64,000 bases of DNA from Terracidiphilus sp. Its GTDB lineage: Bacteria > Acidobacteriota > Terriglobia > Terriglobales > Acidobacteriaceae. The position numbers were made by a program, and so were the translations under genes. This document shows positions 61,092 through 64,000 of the stretch, piece after piece. The notes under the pieces were generated by a model, which saw only the letters and a program-made list of their open reading frames with translations, made no database searches and was not told the origin of the DNA. Location of the stretch: positions 606 through 64,605 of the forward strand of contig JBAUBR010000097.1 of the NCBI GenBank assembly GCA_049676965.1, read 5' to 3'. Position 1 is the stretch's first letter. Every line of letters starts with the position of its first letter.

Positions 61092-62857
61092 TCGAGCTCC
61101 TCTTGGAATCCGCCACACTCTCGTTCTGGGTGCCCAACTAACCATGTCTGAGACCACTTGCCTCCTGACTCGACCAAAAGTGCGTGCGGGCCAGCCCAGA
61201 CCCGATGAACAGTTCGATGAACCTTTCCTAACAGAGAATCTAACGCCAAAGATGCGGATAACGATAGAGCCGCTTGCAATTCCACCGGACCATACGGTTG
61301 GAAAATCGCGCCGCACGCAGGCTCGTGACGCGTTTCATCGCCTTCCGGCCATTCCGTGACGTTGGCGCGCGCTTTGCCTCCCAGTGTCATACCGCATTGA
61401 AGGCAGGGGCTCGACGAAAAAAGTAAGACTGCATGTCCCGCACAGGCGTGCGCCTCGGTCCAGGTGTAGAGAACAGGTCCAGTAAACTCCCCTTGAACAT
61501 GCTGAAGATTTAAGAGACTTTCTGCTTCCCATTCTGCCGTAGCCGAGATAATCAAATCAGCGTCCCGCATGGCGGGGAAATCCCTCAATGCCAACTCTTC
61601 ATAAGAGGCATTGAATCCTCGAATTGAGGCATGCGGATAGCTTCGCTGTAGCTTTTCAGCAAGCGCCTCTGCCTTGTTTCGTCCGACGTATTCTGCACCA
61701 AGCGGATGTCGCCCAATGTTTGCCCAATCGAGAGTTCCCGGATCAACGAGATCCAAGTGCCCGATCCCTGACATCACTAAATGCTGCGCTATCGGCGCTC
61801 CAACCGAACCGCAGCCGATAACAATTACCCTCTTCTTCGATAACCTCGCGTGATGTAGATCGTACCCACGACCATGAATCCACGCGGAATCCACGCGCAC
61901 TACCTTTAAACGCGATGCTGAACTGGCGTCCGAAAATAACCGCGAAGTCACGATGGATTCCGGAACCTTGCCCGGCCGAAAGCCGTTCAACGTGCCGTTT
62001 CGTCTTTTTCCTCGGACGTCCACGCTTGACGATGTGCGTGTCACGACGCCTGCCAGACACGGGCCGTTTCCACTGTCTGCTCCCAGAATGAAATAGAAGC
62101 GATTCTTTCCCTTGCGGCTGAACTGTTCCAAGAGAAGTTTGCCACCTGACGTCATTTGGGCCAGACGGTAGATGTCACCCGCGGTACGCGGATACTGTTT
62201 CGGAAGCAGCGCCTTAGGGAGCCAAAGAAAGCAAGCCAAATCGGTCGAGTCGAACTGGGGCTGCTTGCCATAGGAGTGCTGTAACCAGGAGAGTACCTTT
62301 TCTTCAGACTCCCCAACCACCGACCAGGCTTCCCCTCGCCATATCCGAACAAGTCTGCAAGGGCCGTCTGAGGCCAGCAAGCTGTAGATCCAGCCGGGTG
62401 ATTCTTCTAAGTCGCGATTCCAATAGGAGTAAAACTCAGTTCGAAAATCGTCCTCGTTGGAGCCTGCTTCACACGCGCAGATTAAATCCACCGCTTGGCC
62501 CAGCAGAATTCCCGCGGCTTCCGCTGGATGATCGGGTTTCGCTACTTTATTCTCAGCCTGGAGGCACAGACGGCCATCCTCTTCGATATGCGGCCACGTG
62601 AGGAACTCCGGGCGGTCCATCAGGAAGAAATGGGGCAAAGAGAAGGGGAACCGATGATCCAGCAAGACCTGGAGGCGCCTCGTCATCAGGACGGTCTCGA
62701 TGTGAAACTCCCAACCAGCGGTCAATGATCCAATCCGATATGCTCCGACTTCCTCCGGAGTCAGTCGGCGCGCGTTGCACACTTGTGTCAGGAAGGAATC
62801 GAGTTTGCAAATTCCTTCCTGACACAAGCGGACCGCGACGCTGGCCGTTTCAGGCAT
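60971..62857 (-). CDS. E2 (UBC-like) / E1 (ThiF-like) fusion protein, Cap2-like
   Basis: 628 aa. The E2-like active-site context is WPHIEEDGRLCLQ (Cys98). The E1 Rossmann region is RVIVIGCGSVGAPIAQHLVMSGIGHLDLVDPGTLDWANIGRH. Zinc pairs are CLQC and CPVC. Confidence 0.85.
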   Translation of the reverse strand: MPETASVAVRLCQEGICKLDSFLTQVCNARRLTPEEVGAYRIGSLTAGWEFHIETVLMTRRLQVLLDHRFPFSLPHFFLMDRPEFLTWPHIEEDGRLCLQAENKVAKPDHPAEAAGILLGQAVDLICACEAGSNEDDFRTEFYSYWNRDLEESPGWIYSLLASDGPCRLVRIWRGEAWSVVGESEEKVLSWLQHSYGKQPQFDSTDLACFLWLPKALLPKQYPRTAGDIYRLAQMTSGGKLLLEQFSRKGKNRFYFILGADSGNGPCLAGVVTRTSSSVDVRGKRRNGTLNGFRPGKVPESIVTSRLFSDASSASRLKVVRVDSAWIHGRGYDLHHARLSKKRVIVIGCGSVGAPIAQHLVMSGIGHLDLVDPGTLDWANIGRHPLGAEYVGRNKAEALAEKLQRSYPHASIRGFNASYEELALRDFPAMRDADLIISATAEWEAESLLNLQHVQGEFTGPVLYTWTEAHACAGHAVLLFSSSPCLQCGMTLGGKARANVTEWPEGDETRHEPACGAIFQPYGPVELQAALSLSASLALDSLLGKVHRTVHRVWAGPHALLVESGGKWSQTWLVGHPERECGGFQEELEWRKDELCPVCGGSATGAAFASGSETPDSASSSHQLFSTI

Positions 62858-63590
62858 ACCGACTATTACCGCCCTTCTGAACTGCCTCAGCTTCGGCAGC
62901 CTTGCGGCGGATGTCGTCGACGAGCGGCCTCGTCAGCACATACGGGGCCCCGATGGATGCCTGCTTTACAGACCTCCGGAGTGCTTGATCGGAAAGTGTG
63001 AACTCCATGGGTGTCGGACTAGCCTCGGTCGGATTCTCTCCCGTACAGAGAAATTCTCCCTTGGCACCTTTGACGATGAATTCATACTCCTTTTTCGCCG
63101 CCTGGCTCGGCGGGTCGCAGTCGTCGTCCTTGATCGCACGGCTGCTTGAGACGACGCGGCCGCCATCGCGAATCTGTGACAGCGCCGACTTGGCATCAGG
63201 TGAAACCTTCGCCTTATCTCCGAGATCGGAACGACTGTCGTACGACAAGGAATGCCAGGAGCAATGGTGCGGAGTTTGAAGAAGATCGTACTTGAGCACA
63301 GCCGGGGCCTGCTTGTGCTTGGCCCACAGTTTCTCCCAAATAATTACTTCGGCATCGCCACCGCTGAGGAAGTTCTTGACGGTCTTGCGGCCTTCATCGT
63401 CTGCAAGCTCCATGTTCAAAATGACGCTGGAGTGGTTCTTGCGGTACTCTTCTTCTTCCTCATCACTCTCGGACTTCGGCATGGGGGCGAGCAGCCGCCC
63501 CTTGAAGACCTTGCTCTCTGAGCCATTCACCTTTGTGATGTCCTGATCGACTTTCACAACGATTGCCAGAATGTCATCCGTCTTCCCCAT
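62850..63590 (-). CDS. MBL-like protein resembling the C-terminal two thirds of a ComEC/Rec2-type metallo-beta-lactamase domain, with a C-terminal ...KGGNSRYA tail
   Basis: NHSSVILNMEL...FLSGGDAE...YDLLQTPHHCSWHS...VVSSSRAI...DPP...LCTGE parallels N.S.VL / LLTGD.E / LKVPHHGS / ISSG / HP / T. No HxHxDH motif is present. Its stop overlaps the E2/E1 ATG by 8 nt. Confidence 0.65.
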   Translation of the reverse strand: MGKTDDILAIVVKVDQDITKVNGSESKVFKGRLLAPMPKSESDEEEEEYRKNHSSVILNMELADDEGRKTVKNFLSGGDAEVIIWEKLWAKHKQAPAVLKYDLLQTPHHCSWHSLSYDSRSDLGDKAKVSPDAKSALSQIRDGGRVVSSSRAIKDDDCDPPSQAAKKEYEFIVKGAKGEFLCTGENPTEASPTPMEFTLSDQALRRSVKQASIGAPYVLTRPLVDDIRRKAAEAEAVQKGGNSRYA

Positions 63591-63812
63591 CCAACACTCT
63601 CAAACGATCAACGCAAGATTGTCGAAGCCGACTACTGCATGGAGGCCGGACAGTTAAACCTTCGTGTCCAAGAAGCACTTCTTCTCTATCATTTGGATCA
63701 TCTCGGTCTTCTTGAGCTGCCAGAGAATCCGAGGAAACACCTTAGTCTCAAGAATCGTGATGCTCTCCGGCCGTTTTTTCAAAAACACGGCATCAAGCAA
63801 GGATGAGGAAAG

Positions 63813-64000
63813 ATGGCAAAGTCTCTCAAACAAAAGAACCAACCACAACTGATCACCTTCGTCGTCTCGAATGCGATCGGCTTAGGTTTGATTGCTTTGG
63901 GCCCGTCCCGGCTTCTCGCCGTTCTTCAGGAGCTTTCGAAAGGCGACTGGACGATACTCGGTAAGCTAATCGCCATTCCAGCCTTCCTGTCGCTGATCAC
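63813..64000 (+). CDS. partial ORF running off the window, hydrophobic N-terminus (possible membrane protein)
   Basis: The ATG at 63813 is preceded by GGATGAGGAAAG. It translates to MAKSLKQKNQPQLITFVVSNAIGLGLIALGP...IAIPAFLSLI. It is divergent from the E2/E1 operon. Only 62 codons are visible. Confidence 0.3.
   Translation, partial: MAKSLKQKNQPQLITFVVSNAIGLGLIALGPSRLLAVLQELSKGDWTILGKLIAIPAFLSLI

Noticed and set aside
60971-61316. Programmed -1 frameshift fusing E2/E1 to JAB.
   Set aside because: The JAB is in the -1 frame and that frame is open for 345 nt. However, I found no X_XXY_YYZ slippery heptamer in the E1 frame across the overlap. It is kept only as a caveat in the overlap finding.
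63654-63848. A 64-aa minus-strand ORF upstream of the MBL-like gene, considered as a missing Ubl or the missing MBL N-terminus.
   Set aside because: It has a TTG start, no Gly-Gly end, and no HxHxDH or beta-grasp-like pattern that I can see. It is AT-rich and overlaps the better-supported plus-strand start at 63813. Two stops separate it from the MBL-like gene, although the frame is the same. It may still deserve a profile search.

Overview
The window looks like a high-GC chromosome segment, about 58-62% GC by spot counts of single 60-nt lines. I read it as Acidobacteriota-like, which is an inference from an acidobacterial-type VWFA protein, a CarboxypepD_reg-like secreted protein and an interspersed hairpin repeat. 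All calls come from motif recognition in the supplied ORF translations and from reading the DNA. No searches were run.

Layout:
- 0.4-2.0 kb: a flagellin gene with a good sigma-28 promoter and an unusual G-tract/AGGGA array in its 3' UTR.
- 2.0-3.0 kb: a REP-associated tyrosine transposase (RAYT) flanked by direct REP-like arrays, plus a decayed second copy.
- 3-19 kb: housekeeping genes, including uvrB, a VWFA protein, ccmF/ccmH, an SDR, a GH5-like hydrolase, mazG, a GNAT plus OSBS/NSAR pair, and a DUF2076 protein.
- 19.7-52.8 kb: a roughly 33-kb Wzx/Wzy-type polysaccharide locus, mostly on the minus strand. It is headed by a NusG paralogue and a TetR gene. It contains wzc, wza, capD, gmd-rmd, an SqdB-like gene, two FkbM methyltransferases, several glycosyltransferases, and an aminotransferase/HAD/ATP-grasp/PglC-like cassette. 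It also shows recombination scars.
- 54.6-58.7 kb: a hoxEFUY(H)W group-3d [NiFe]-hydrogenase operon. The catalytic large-subunit gene is reduced to 66 codons fused in frame to the maturation protease.
- 59.2-64.0 kb: a lower-GC accessory segment that starts at a tRNA-Ser-like 5' half.

The best candidate for something new is in that last segment. It is a Cap2-like E2-E1 fusion and a Cap3-like JAB peptidase, translationally coupled to an N-terminally truncated MBL-like protein with a C-terminal ...KGG-NSRYA tail. There is no CD-NTase and no stand-alone ubiquitin-like gene. A Cys/His-rich small protein and an HNH-like gene lie beside it.

No rRNA genes, intact tRNA genes or CRISPR arrays were seen.
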